Source: Bacillota bacterium (GTDB taxonomy: Bacteria > Bacillota > Limnochordia > Darwinibacteriales > DTU012). Taken from it: 64,000 nt of DNA. The notes beneath the pieces were generated by a model that had not been told where the DNA came from, did no database searches, and saw nothing but the letters and a program-made list of their open reading frames with translations. Position 1 is the stretch's first letter, and every line of letters starts with the position of its first letter. Made by a program: the position numbers and the translations under genes. Below are positions 55,279 through 64,000 of this stretch, one piece after another. The stretch spans positions 2,224-66,223 of the forward strand of contig DURM01000008.1 in assembly GCA_012837335.1 (NCBI GenBank), in the 5' to 3' direction.

Positions 55279-55303
55279 AATGAGGGGGAAAATCCCCCTC
55301 ATT
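55279..55303 (-). promoter_or_regulatory. Strong stem-loop between gap and pgk (candidate processing or 3'-end stabilising element)
   Basis: AAUGAGGGGG-auuuu-CCCCCUCAUU forms a 10-bp perfect stem 15 nt downstream of the gap stop. No U-tract follows. The pgk Shine-Dalgarno AGGAGG comes after it. Confidence 0.55.
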
Positions 55304-55317
55304 GTTCTGCAGTTTTA

Positions 55318-56322
<1,005 letters not shown>

Positions 56323-57360
56323 CTACATGTCCTCCTTATTTTTTAGTATTTGAATCACCTTCCGGGCTGCCCCTTCATCGGTGATACAGACATCACAGTA
56401 TCCGAGACGTACAACTGACAGCATTGCCCAGGCTTTGCTTCTGCCCCCACCTACTCCTACAACTAATGGTATTTTAGCCAAATCTTCCATTCGTATCCCT
56501 ACTGAAGCGGTGGAATAAACTACTTTTCCGTGCTCATTGAAGTAATAGCCGAACGCTTCGCCAACCGCGCCATTGATGATCAGCTGCATTACATCTTCTT
56601 CAGCAAGACCTCGGCGTTTAGCCATCTCTTCCGCGGTCCCGATGCCGTGCAGCAGCACATCGGCCCGGCGGCCAAGGGAGACTACTTCGCGGATGCTCGG
56701 TTCTTTAAGAATTGTGTCGATGAGGTGCGGCTCTACATTGTCCGGGGCGTGAAGCAGGCGGTAGTATCCGCCCAAACCTTGGGCAAGTTTGGCTGCAATG
56801 GTGTTAGCCTGCAGCTCCACATCTTCACCCAAACCGCCTCGAGCTGGAACAACTACAACGTTACGCTTGGTTCCGTCAGCAGCAAAGCAGCCTGCAACCT
56901 GCGCTAAGGTTGTGCCGCCAGTGACCGCTAAAACATCGCCGTCTTCGAGAGAACAACGCAGATAGCGGGCAGCTGCTTTGGCTAAATCTTTTTTCACTAC
57001 TGCATCTTGATCGGAATCTCCGGGAACGATAATTACTGCGTTGAGTTTCAATCTGCAGGCTAGTTCCTGCTCTAATTCGCTTAATCCGCGGATCTCCCGG
57101 ATGTAATCGGACAGCTCCAAAAACATCCGCTCTCCCGCTGGATTCAGCTGCATTCCCGCAGGGCTTTTAGCAAGGAACCCCGAGTCGTATAAAAAATCTA
57201 GTTCGTTTCTGATTGTGCGCTCCGGCTTGTCTAATTTCAGCGCAAGAGCGCGGCGTCCAATCGGTGCTTTATAGTATACTGCGCGTAAAATCGCGTAACG
57301 CTGTTCTATGATGCTGATTACTTCTGGTGCTATTTGATGTAAGACATTGATGAAATTCAC
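56323..57360 (-). CDS. cggR: Central glycolytic genes regulator (SorC/DeoR family)
   Basis: 345 aa with an N-terminal wHTH and a SorC sugar-phosphate-binding domain. It lies immediately upstream of gap (its stop abuts the gap ATG), and a cognate operator repeat lies upstream. GTG start. Confidence 0.88.
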   Translation of the reverse strand: MNFINVLHQIAPEVISIIEQRYAILRAVYYKAPIGRRALALKLDKPERTIRNELDFLYDSGFLAKSPAGMQLNPAGERMFLELSDYIREIRGLSELEQELACRLKLNAVIIVPGDSDQDAVVKKDLAKAAARYLRCSLEDGDVLAVTGGTTLAQVAGCFAADGTKRNVVVVPARGGLGEDVELQANTIAAKLAQGLGGYYRLLHAPDNVEPHLIDTILKEPSIREVVSLGRRADVLLHGIGTAEEMAKRRGLAEEDVMQLIINGAVGEAFGYYFNEHGKVVYSTASVGIRMEDLAKIPLVVGVGGGRSKAWAMLSVVRLGYCDVCITDEGAARKVIQILKNKEDM

Positions 57361-57379
57361 GAATAAGACTCCCTAAGTG

Positions 57380-57415
57380 GATCGTTTTTGTCCCGCCAAC
57401 ATCATAATTGTCCCG
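57380..57415 (-). promoter_or_regulatory. CggR operator: tandem direct repeat CGGGAC-N6-GATG-N4-CGGGAC-N6-GATC
   Basis: Minus strand reads CGGGACAATTATGATGTTGGCGGGACAAAAACGATC. The two CGGGAC boxes are exactly 20 nt apart. That is the same spacing I recall for the B. subtilis operator (CGGGAC-N6-TGTC-N4-CGGGAC-N6-TGTC). Confidence 0.7.
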
Positions 57416-57509
57416 CGCGATTCATACAGACTATAACTATGAATCACGCTATGGTATTCTCCGAATAGGAGAATGTTTCCTGCCTTGCTTTGTTAAGAAA
57501 ATGGTAATT

Positions 57510-58412
57510 TTAATCCAAACTTTTGCTCATATTAATCAGCTGCTGGATCCGATAGCTGACCCCTGACTTGCTGATGGGCGGTTCCGCCATCTCCCCCAGC
57601 TCCTTTAAAGAGGCGTAGGGATTTTCAACTCTTAAGCGAGCTATCTCCGCCATTTTCGGAGGCAGTTCAGACAGATCCATATGTTTTTGAATTTTTTCTA
57701 CTGCTTCGATTTGGGCAACTGCCGCTTTGATAGTCTTGTCCACATTGGCAGTTTCGCAGTTAACTAACCGGTTGACTTGGTTGCGCATATCCTTGACAAT
57801 GCGGACATTCTCCACATGGAGAAGCGCTTTATGGGCTCCCATTAAATTAAGTAAAGTAACAATCTGATCGCCGTCTTTGAGATAGACTACCAGATCTCCT
57901 TTGCGCCCGGTCATTCGCGCTGATAAGCCAAGAGAATTGATGGTTAAAAGTACCCTCTCCGCCACCTCAGACTTCTCGGTAAAAATCTCTAAATGATAGG
58001 TTCTTTCTGGATTCGTTACCGAACCGTGGCTTAAAAACGCTCCTCTGACATACGCTCTCTGGCAGCAGTTCTTAGCCAGCACTTTTTTATCATCATCGAG
58101 ATAATCTTGATCCCGCAGCGCTTGATAAAACTCTTCGGCTGCCTGCTTTGTTAAAACTCTAACGGTACAGACTTGATTTTTGCGAGCCCGGGCTTTTTGC
58201 ACCAGCACCTGGGTCGCAGCTTCCGGAAAAACCTGCTTGGTTAAAGTCAAGATTTTCCGGGCAATCAGCGGCATAAAGTGATTGATATCTAAGTAACTGC
58301 CGAAGTGGTAACCGTTAAAATCATAGTAGGCACTTAATTCTGCAAGGCGGCAGCAATTTGTTTCCGGATAAACATGCGCCAGCTCCCGCTTGGTTTCTTC
58401 TGAAAAACCCAC
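57510..58412 (-). CDS. whiA: DNA-binding protein WhiA (sporulation/cell-division regulator)
   Basis: FSEETKRELAHV..., a LAGLIDADG-like middle domain and a C-terminal HTH (ISKSGVSYRIQQL). GGGAGGAAG lies 4 nt before GTG at 58412; the tracked ORF starts at TTG 58427. Confidence 0.9.
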   Translation of the reverse strand: MGFSEETKRELAHVYPETNCCRLAELSAYYDFNGYHFGSYLDINHFMPLIARKILTLTKQVFPEAATQVLVQKARARKNQVCTVRVLTKQAAEEFYQALRDQDYLDDDKKVLAKNCCQRAYVRGAFLSHGSVTNPERTYHLEIFTEKSEVAERVLLTINSLGLSARMTGRKGDLVVYLKDGDQIVTLLNLMGAHKALLHVENVRIVKDMRNQVNRLVNCETANVDKTIKAAVAQIEAVEKIQKHMDLSELPPKMAEIARLRVENPYASLKELGEMAEPPISKSGVSYRIQQLINMSKSLD

Positions 58413-58413
58413 G

Positions 58414-59250
58414 CTACTTCCTCCCAACTATCCATACTCGCACCCGCCAGCCTTGGATTTCTCCTTTTACTATTATAGGATATTCGCTGTTGTTGCGGAA
58501 TTTAAAGTCCGTATGGGGCCAAGCCACCGTAGCATCCATGCCGTGGCGGATATAACTGGGTGCGATTGAGTGCATCCTACGCTCCACAATCTCCAACTCA
58601 GCTCGGCGCACAGCGTTATACAATGTAGTTGACGTTTGGCAGATGCCTCCCCCAACTCCATCTGCAACCGACTCCCCATAGATTACCGGTGCCGGTTTAT
58701 AGCCTTTTTCTGGAGTGCGCTCACCAACAACTTCATTAAAAGAAAAAACTTCGCCAGGAAAAACTATCGTGTTGTTGATCGCCGCCAGCGAGAGGCGGAT
58801 ATTGTTCACCCTGCCTGGAGAACCCATCACCGGGGTACTGAAGTCGCCTAAAATCTCGGTAAGCGGCTCTAAATGCTCCGAGCGAACCAAAGGAACTGTT
58901 TCGATGATAACTGGTTCAAGGCGGGAGTTTGCCGAAGCATTCATCACCAGCTCCACTGTAGCTTCTACATCAACGAAATAACCGTTCTGCTCAGGAATGA
59001 TATTTCCACTTTCCTTGTGGATGGACGCATTTACCTCAGGCTGATCAATTTCCCGGGCAATCCCCCGGACAATGGTGCGGACTTCATCGCGAAAATAGTA
59101 CTCCATGCTGCGGTAACCCAAATATACTCCCGGATTCACACCGACTATGCGCCGCTCAATTTGGCGGATAACCGGAGCAAATACTCCAAACAAACTGACG
59201 ATCAGAAAAACCGCAATCCAGCGCTTCAAGCCCATCGCCTCCTCAAACAA
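58414..59250 (-). CDS. VanW domain protein with an N-terminal membrane anchor
   Basis: The C-terminal half carries GGGICQTSTTLYNAVRRAELEIVERRMHS, typical of VanW. The start is uncertain: TTG 59250 (track), ATG 59235, or TTG 59229, which has the best spacing from GAGGAGG. Confidence 0.8.
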   Translation of the reverse strand: MFEEAMGLKRWIAVFLIVSLFGVFAPVIRQIERRIVGVNPGVYLGYRSMEYYFRDEVRTIVRGIAREIDQPEVNASIHKESGNIIPEQNGYFVDVEATVELVMNASANSRLEPVIIETVPLVRSEHLEPLTEILGDFSTPVMGSPGRVNNIRLSLAAINNTIVFPGEVFSFNEVVGERTPEKGYKPAPVIYGESVADGVGGGICQTSTTLYNAVRRAELEIVERRMHSIAPSYIRHGMDATVAWPHTDFKFRNNSEYPIIVKGEIQGWRVRVWIVGRK

Positions 59251-59282
59251 TAATATGAGGATTAGAGGCGATTTACGACATT

Positions 59283-60575
59283 CTAGAAATGGTTGATACC
59301 GGATTTCGCTTCCAGAACCAGACCCATCAAAGCGCGAGCTAACGCCTGGGCATCGTGGCGCACTAACACATTGCGTTCCAGCAGCTGGGCGGTGATCGGG
59401 GTCACGCCCAGTTTTTTGATCTGGTTGACATCTGCTTTAATTGCAAAAGCGTTCTCACTGCTGTATTTGCGCGCCTGCGCCGCAGTGAGCCGCTGGTTGT
59501 TCACAAGGGCGTACTCAAATATTTTCTGTCCGCCAGTATGTTTAAAAATTGCTTCAATATGATCGGCTGCGGACATCTGGTCTGTCTCGCCGGGCTGCGT
59601 CATCACATTGCAGACATAAACCTTAAGCGCCTGAGAGTCAACCAACGCCTCACAGATACTATTGACCAAGAGGTTGGGTATCACACTGGTGTATAAACTT
59701 CCAGGCCCCAGTACAATTAAATCTGCAGCGGCAATAGCTTCCAATGCTTCCGGCAGCGGCTCGACATTTTTGGGAATCAGACTGATCGATTCAATCTTCC
59801 TGCCCGGCTGAGGAATATTGTGCTCACCGATAATCTCAGAGCCATCCGTGTACTTGGCTTTCAGCTGCACAGGTGATAATGTACTGGGCAGCACAACTCC
59901 TCCCACTGCCAAGACTTTACCGAACTGCTTAATGGCAGTTTCAAAGTCACCAGTAATATCTGTCATAGCAGCTATAAACAAATTGCCGAAGCTGTGTCCT
60001 TCCAAACCTTCACCCCAGGAGAAGCGGTATTGAAACAAGCGCTCCATCAAAGGTTCGGTATCGGCTAAGGCAACAAGGGTATTGCGGATATCCCCAGGCG
60101 GAAGGATGCCCAGCTCCTCACGAATCCGTCCGGAACTGCCCCCATCATCAGCAACTGTAACGATAGCGGTAATATTACTGGAATATGATTTCAAGCCCCG
60201 CAGAAGGGTGCTTAAACCCGTGCCTCCGCCAATCACCACAATCCGCGGACCCCTCTCCAGGCTGCGCTTACGGTAGACTACTTCTGCTAAATCATTAACT
60301 TCTTCTGGTGAGACCACTTCAATTATGGAGCGAATCAGATTGCTGATTCCAATAAAACTGATGCTTACTCCCACAACCAGCAGCACTACTGCTGCCAGCA
60401 GGATGTTATCCACATATTTGGTCAGAATCTGCAGAAACTTGGCTTCGACCGGGGATGAGGAATGCAAATCCCAAACAACAATTCCTAACGAAAACAGCAG
60501 TAAACCAAATAAGATAACAGCAATCCAGCGCTTAACTCCCATTCCGGGAATCAGCCACTTATAATTACTGCGCAT
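59283..60575 (-). CDS. yvcK: YvcK/GlmR family (CofD-like, UPF0052) protein with a 2-TM N-terminal extension
   Basis: IVVIGGGTGLSTLLRGLK...VTVADDGGSSG...PGSLYTSVIPNLLV. GGGAGGAA lies 7 nt before ATG at 60575; the tracked ORF starts at 60632. Confidence 0.88.
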   Translation of the reverse strand: MRSNYKWLIPGMGVKRWIAVILFGLLLFSLGIVVWDLHSSSPVEAKFLQILTKYVDNILLAAVVLLVVGVSISFIGISNLIRSIIEVVSPEEVNDLAEVVYRKRSLERGPRIVVIGGGTGLSTLLRGLKSYSSNITAIVTVADDGGSSGRIREELGILPPGDIRNTLVALADTEPLMERLFQYRFSWGEGLEGHSFGNLFIAAMTDITGDFETAIKQFGKVLAVGGVVLPSTLSPVQLKAKYTDGSEIIGEHNIPQPGRKIESISLIPKNVEPLPEALEAIAAADLIVLGPGSLYTSVIPNLLVNSICEALVDSQALKVYVCNVMTQPGETDQMSAADHIEAIFKHTGGQKIFEYALVNNQRLTAAQARKYSSENAFAIKADVNQIKKLGVTPITAQLLERNVLVRHDAQALARALMGLVLEAKSGINHF

Positions 60576-60615
60576 TGTCCCATTCCTCCCAACAATTCCA
60601 CGCGGCCCGATCTCA

Positions 60616-61353
60616 CTACTTCGGTCTGGCATTCAGAATCAAATCAGGTGTTAATCCTGCCTCTTTCGCCAGCGCAATCCCGTGCTCAAAATCCCCAATG
60701 CGGCTGGGATGATGCGCATCGCTGCCGATTACAAACTTTACACCTTCACTTGCAGCGATTTCAATCAGTTCCACCGTCATGTTTTTATGGCTGGTATTAA
60801 TCTCAAACGCTGTATTCCTGATGGCGCACGCTTTCGCCAACTCCCGGGTGTCAATGTTAAAACGATGGCCGGGATGGGTTACAATATCAATTTTATGCCG
60901 ATAAACAGCATTGATGATTGCTTCCGTATTTAACAGGCGGCTTTTGCGCTTGATCCCCGGCGCCAGCCCCCTGAGTAAATGCAGCGCTGTGCGGTTGAGA
61001 CCGTCCAGCAGCTGCTCCGGTTTAACCATAAAATGCAGTCCAATCTGGACAATATCCAGCTTATCAAGATACTCCGGCGTGATATCGATATCTCCATTAA
61101 TACTGGTCACATTCGCTTCTATACCTAATTTCACGTTCACATGCGGATAAACCTGCACGGCAGCGTTTATTTCACCGCGAATCTGGTCCAAAACCTCCAG
61201 GTTGTTAATGCCAATGCCCATCAGATGACCGGGACCATGGTCGCTGATGGCTATTTCCTCCAAACCGATCTCACCAGCCCGCTTCACATTTTCCAGTACT
61301 GTTCCTTTACCATGGCTGTGGATGGTATGGGTATGGTAATCTGCAAATATTTC
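60616..61353 (-). CDS. PHP-domain metal-dependent phosphoesterase
   Basis: N-terminal FADYHTHT, ISDHG, GIEAN, HPG and GSDAHH motifs are spaced as in PHP/histidinol-phosphatase-like proteins. ATG at 61353 is preferred over the tracked GTG at 61365. Confidence 0.8.
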   Translation of the reverse strand, partial: EIFADYHTHTIHSHGKGTVLENVKRAGEIGLEEIAISDHGPGHLMGIGINNLEVLDQIRGEINAAVQVYPHVNVKLGIEANVTSINGDIDITPEYLDKLDIVQIGLHFMVKPEQLLDGLNRTALHLLRGLAPGIKRKSRLLNTEAIINAVYRHKIDIVTHPGHRFNIDTRELAKACAIRNTAFEINTSHKNMTVELIEIAASEGVKFVIGSDAHHPSRIGDFEHGIALAKEAGLTPDLILNARPK

Positions 61354-61470
61354 CATGTCTATCACCCTTTACAATCTCTCCGTCCTACTGCAGGATTATA
61401 AATTACTTCAGCATTAATATCCATCCATTTATCCCACTTTAAACATTACATTTATTTAACAAACAAGGTG

Positions 61471-61499
61471 TTGCAATCTCCACCACAGCTTGCTATAAT
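61471..61499 (+). promoter_or_regulatory. Sigma-A promoter of the amino acid ABC transporter operon
   Basis: TTGCAA (61471..61476), a 17-nt spacer, then TATAAT (61494..61499). Confidence 0.7.
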
Positions 61500-61516
61500 C
61501 AATGTATCATTTTACT

Positions 61517-61546
61517 GTTTCGTTGCATATATATGCAAGCCGAAAC
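61517..61546. promoter_or_regulatory. Leader palindrome containing the perfect 16-mer TTGCATATATATGCAA (ARG-box-like operator candidate)
   Basis: GTTTCG-TTGCATATATATGCAA-gc-CGAAAC. The perfect 16-bp palindrome is at 61523..61538 and has extra flanking arms. It lies about +11 to +40 relative to the predicted transcription start. Confidence 0.5.
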
Positions 61547-61595
61547 GGATATGCACGTTTAGAGTAACTGCAGCGAAAAAGAAAGGTGGATAATT

Positions 61596-62339
61596 ATGAA
61601 AAAAACTGTTGTGTTTTTAATGCTGATGGTAATGGTTTTAGGAACTACTTCGGCGGCACTGGCGCAAAAACCTGTTTTAACAGTAGCCGGCGATGCAGCC
61701 TTTGTTCCCTTCGAGTTTGTTGACGAGAAAAACCAGATTGTTGGTTTTGACGTGGATCTGGCTAAAGCAATCGGTGAAGCGATGGGCTATGAAGTAGTAT
61801 ACCTCAATCTTGCCTGGGATGGCCTGATTCCGAGCCTGCTCAACAAAAACATCGATATGATCGCTTCGGGAATGTCCATAACCGAAGAAAGAGCCAAGCA
61901 GGTCAATTTCTCTGAACCGTATTTCACATCGGTTTTAACAATCGTGGTGCACCAAAACAATAACTCGATCCAGACTTTGGAAGACCTGGCCGGCAAGATA
62001 GTAGCTGTTCAGATTAACACTACCGGTGATTTTGCTGCATCGGAGATTGACGGTGTTAAAATCAACCGCTACAATACTGTACCGGAAGCGCTCCAGAATA
62101 TCGTCATCGGCATCGTTGACGCAGCGGTAATCGACCTACCGGTAGCTGAAGCTTTCTTTGCAGCTAATCCCCACGCACCGCTAAAGCATGTCGGCAAAGT
62201 TTCGGATGATGATACCTTTGGTTTAGCTCTGCGGAAGGAAGATACAGACCTTTTAGAGAAAGTAAACGCAGCACTCGCCCAAATCAAAGCAGATGGCACT
62301 TACGATCAAATCTACGATAAGTGGTTTTCTGGTAACTAA
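61596..62339 (+). CDS. Polar amino acid ABC transporter substrate-binding protein (family 3)
   Basis: 247 aa with signal peptide ...SAALA/QK and no Cys. FVPFEFVDEKNQIVGFDVDLAKAIG...DMIASGMSITEER is typical of SBP_bac_3. Confidence 0.9.
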   Translation: MKKTVVFLMLMVMVLGTTSAALAQKPVLTVAGDAAFVPFEFVDEKNQIVGFDVDLAKAIGEAMGYEVVYLNLAWDGLIPSLLNKNIDMIASGMSITEERAKQVNFSEPYFTSVLTIVVHQNNNSIQTLEDLAGKIVAVQINTTGDFAASEIDGVKINRYNTVPEALQNIVIGIVDAAVIDLPVAEAFFAANPHAPLKHVGKVSDDDTFGLALRKEDTDLLEKVNAALAQIKADGTYDQIYDKWFSGN

Positions 62340-62352
62340 GTCACAACAACAG

Positions 62353-62384
62353 GGTGCGTTCGCCTGATACGCACCTTTTTTCTT
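62353..62384 (+). terminator. Intra-operon terminator/attenuator after the SBP gene
   Basis: GGTGCGT-tcgcctgat-ACGCACC forms a 7-bp stem followed by TTTTTTCTT. It lies 20 nt upstream of the permease Shine-Dalgarno. Confidence 0.6.
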
Positions 62385-62403
62385 GTGATAAAGGAGGACG
62401 ACA

Positions 62404-63060
<657 letters not shown>

Positions 63061-63061
63061 T

Positions 63062-63784
63062 ATGGGCATACTTAAAGTCAGGGATCTGCACAAAAAGTTT
63101 AAGGACTTGCACGTTTTAAAGGGAATTACAACCGATATTAAGCAGGGGGAAGTTGTCGTTGTGATTGGTCCTTCCGGCAGCGGCAAGAGTACTTTTCTGC
63201 GCTGCTTAAACTTCTTGGAAGAGCCGACCAGCGGTGAAATCTATTTTGAGGACAATCTGATTACCCCTGAAAACTTAAATCTAGTGCGGCGGGAAATGGG
63301 TATGGTGTTTCAGCGCTTTAATCTCTTTCCCCATATGAAAGTTATTGACAACATCACCCTCGCTCCCAAAAAGGTCCGCAAGATTGAGGAACAAGAGGCA
63401 TCAGCACAGGCTTATGAGCTGTTAGAAAAAGTGGGATTAAGCGATAAAGCTGATGCCTATCCAGACCAGCTCTCCGGCGGCCAGCAGCAGCGGGTAGCCA
63501 TCGCTCGTGCCCTTGCCATGAAGCCGAAAGTGATGCTCTTTGATGAGCCAACCTCCGCCCTTGATCCGGAGATGATTGGCGAGGTTTTGGATGTCATGAA
63601 GGAACTGGCCAAGGAGGGGATGACCATGGTGGTGGTTACCCACGAAATGGGCTTTGCCCGTGAAGTGGGCGATCGGGTCATTTTCATCGATGATGGCCTC
63701 TTGGTGGAAGAGAATACGCCCCATGAGCTGTTCAGCAGCCCTCAGCATCCCCGCACCCAGAGTTTCTTAAGTAAAATACTTTAA
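63062..63784 (+). CDS. Polar amino acid ABC transporter ATP-binding protein
   Basis: Walker [10 protein letters not shown], signature [15 protein letters not shown] and Walker [15 protein letters not shown] at 63062 lies right after the permease stop; the tracked start is 63050. Confidence 0.93.
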   Translation: MGILKVRDLHKKFKDLHVLKGITTDIKQGEVVVVIGPSGSGKSTFLRCLNFLEEPTSGEIYFEDNLITPENLNLVRREMGMVFQRFNLFPHMKVIDNITLAPKKVRKIEEQEASAQAYELLEKVGLSDKADAYPDQLSGGQQQRVAIARALAMKPKVMLFDEPTSALDPEMIGEVLDVMKELAKEGMTMVVVTHEMGFAREVGDRVIFIDDGLLVEENTPHELFSSPQHPRTQSFLSKIL

Positions 63785-63790
63785 AATAAA

Positions 63791-63828
63791 AAGTCTATGC
63801 AGCGGTCTCTGCATAGACTTTTTATTTT
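63791..63828 (+). terminator. Rho-independent terminator of the amino acid ABC operon
   Basis: AAGTCTATGCAG-cggtct-CTGCATAGACTT forms a 12-bp perfect stem followed by TTTATTTT. Confidence 0.85.
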
Positions 63829-64000
63829 GGTTTTACTGCGGTCTGCTTTAATTTTAGTTCCCGCCAATCAGGACCCTGCACTACTAAATCCAGGGAGTTG
63901 TACAGGATGCGGGAAGCCAGTCTCGATCCAATCCGCAGCTCCAGCTCATTTAAATTGAAATTAGTGGTATAAACTGTCGGTTTAAACCGATTCAACCTGC
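63822..64000 (-). CDS. C-terminal fragment of a DnaC/DnaI/IstB-like AAA+ helicase-loader protein; N-terminus lies outside the window
   Basis: Hand translation of the only open minus-strand frame: ...RLNRFKPTVYTTNFNLNELELRIGSRLASRILYNSLDLVVQGPDWRELKLKQTAVKPK*. The TTNxxxxEL...G.R..SR...........G.D.R pattern resembles DnaC/DnaI C-termini. Confidence 0.4.
   Translation of the reverse strand, partial: RLNRFKPTVYTTNFNLNELELRIGSRLASRILYNSLDLVVQGPDWRELKLKQTAVKPK

Noticed and set aside
57456-57474. Inverted repeat ATTCTCC-gaata-GGAGAAT downstream of whiA, as a possible terminator
   Set aside because: The stem is only 7 bp, is AU-rich and has no U-tract on the minus strand. That is too weak to call a terminator. 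I also could not find a convincing -35 for a cggR promoter nearby.
63822-64000. The DnaC/IstB-like fragment as evidence of an IS21-type mobile element or prophage at the window edge
   Set aside because: Only 59 C-terminal residues are visible. They fit chromosomal DnaI/DnaC loaders as well as IstB, and no inverted repeats or transposase are in view.

Overview
The window looks like a chromosomal segment of an endospore-forming Firmicute with Clostridia-like gene order. Sporulation markers include SpoIID, LonB, a GerM-like protein and WhiA. Nearly all genes are on the minus strand and are packed with many start/stop overlaps.

Core housekeeping blocks:
- tig-clpP-clpX-lonB-lon-engB
- two tRNA clusters with near-consensus promoters (Lys-Leu, and Pro-Gly-Arg-His)
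- a SEDS (RodA-like) gene
- murI-murD-rph-rdgB
- smpB-ssrA (tmRNA tag ANDNYSLAAA) and secG
- the full glycolytic operon cggR-gap-pgk-tpiA-gpmI-eno, with a recognisable CggR operator
- PHP-yvcK-vanW-whiA
- a polar amino acid ABC transporter

Accessory content, most interesting first:
1. A roughly 15-kb translationally coupled sugar-capture operon lies between eno and secG (35.0-50.4 kb). It encodes a LacI regulator with two operators, two solute-binding proteins (SBPs), two permease pairs, an NHL-propeller/Yip1 membrane protein, a 729-aa secreted protein of unknown function, a GH51 arabinofuranosidase and a small Cys-rich protein. One SBP is 967 aa and carries duplicated carbohydrate-binding-module (CBM)-like modules. 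No ATPase is encoded.
2. An actin-fold (FtsA/EutJ-like) ATPase is fused to a C-terminal array of ThiS-like beta-grasp repeats.
3. A GT4 glycosyltransferase is translationally coupled to a 725-aa ectodomain-plus-polytopic membrane protein. The 3' end of that gene overlaps the convergent SEDS gene.

I saw no CRISPR array, rRNA gene, transposase or obvious prophage. All family names come from reading the translations and from memory. No database search was possible.
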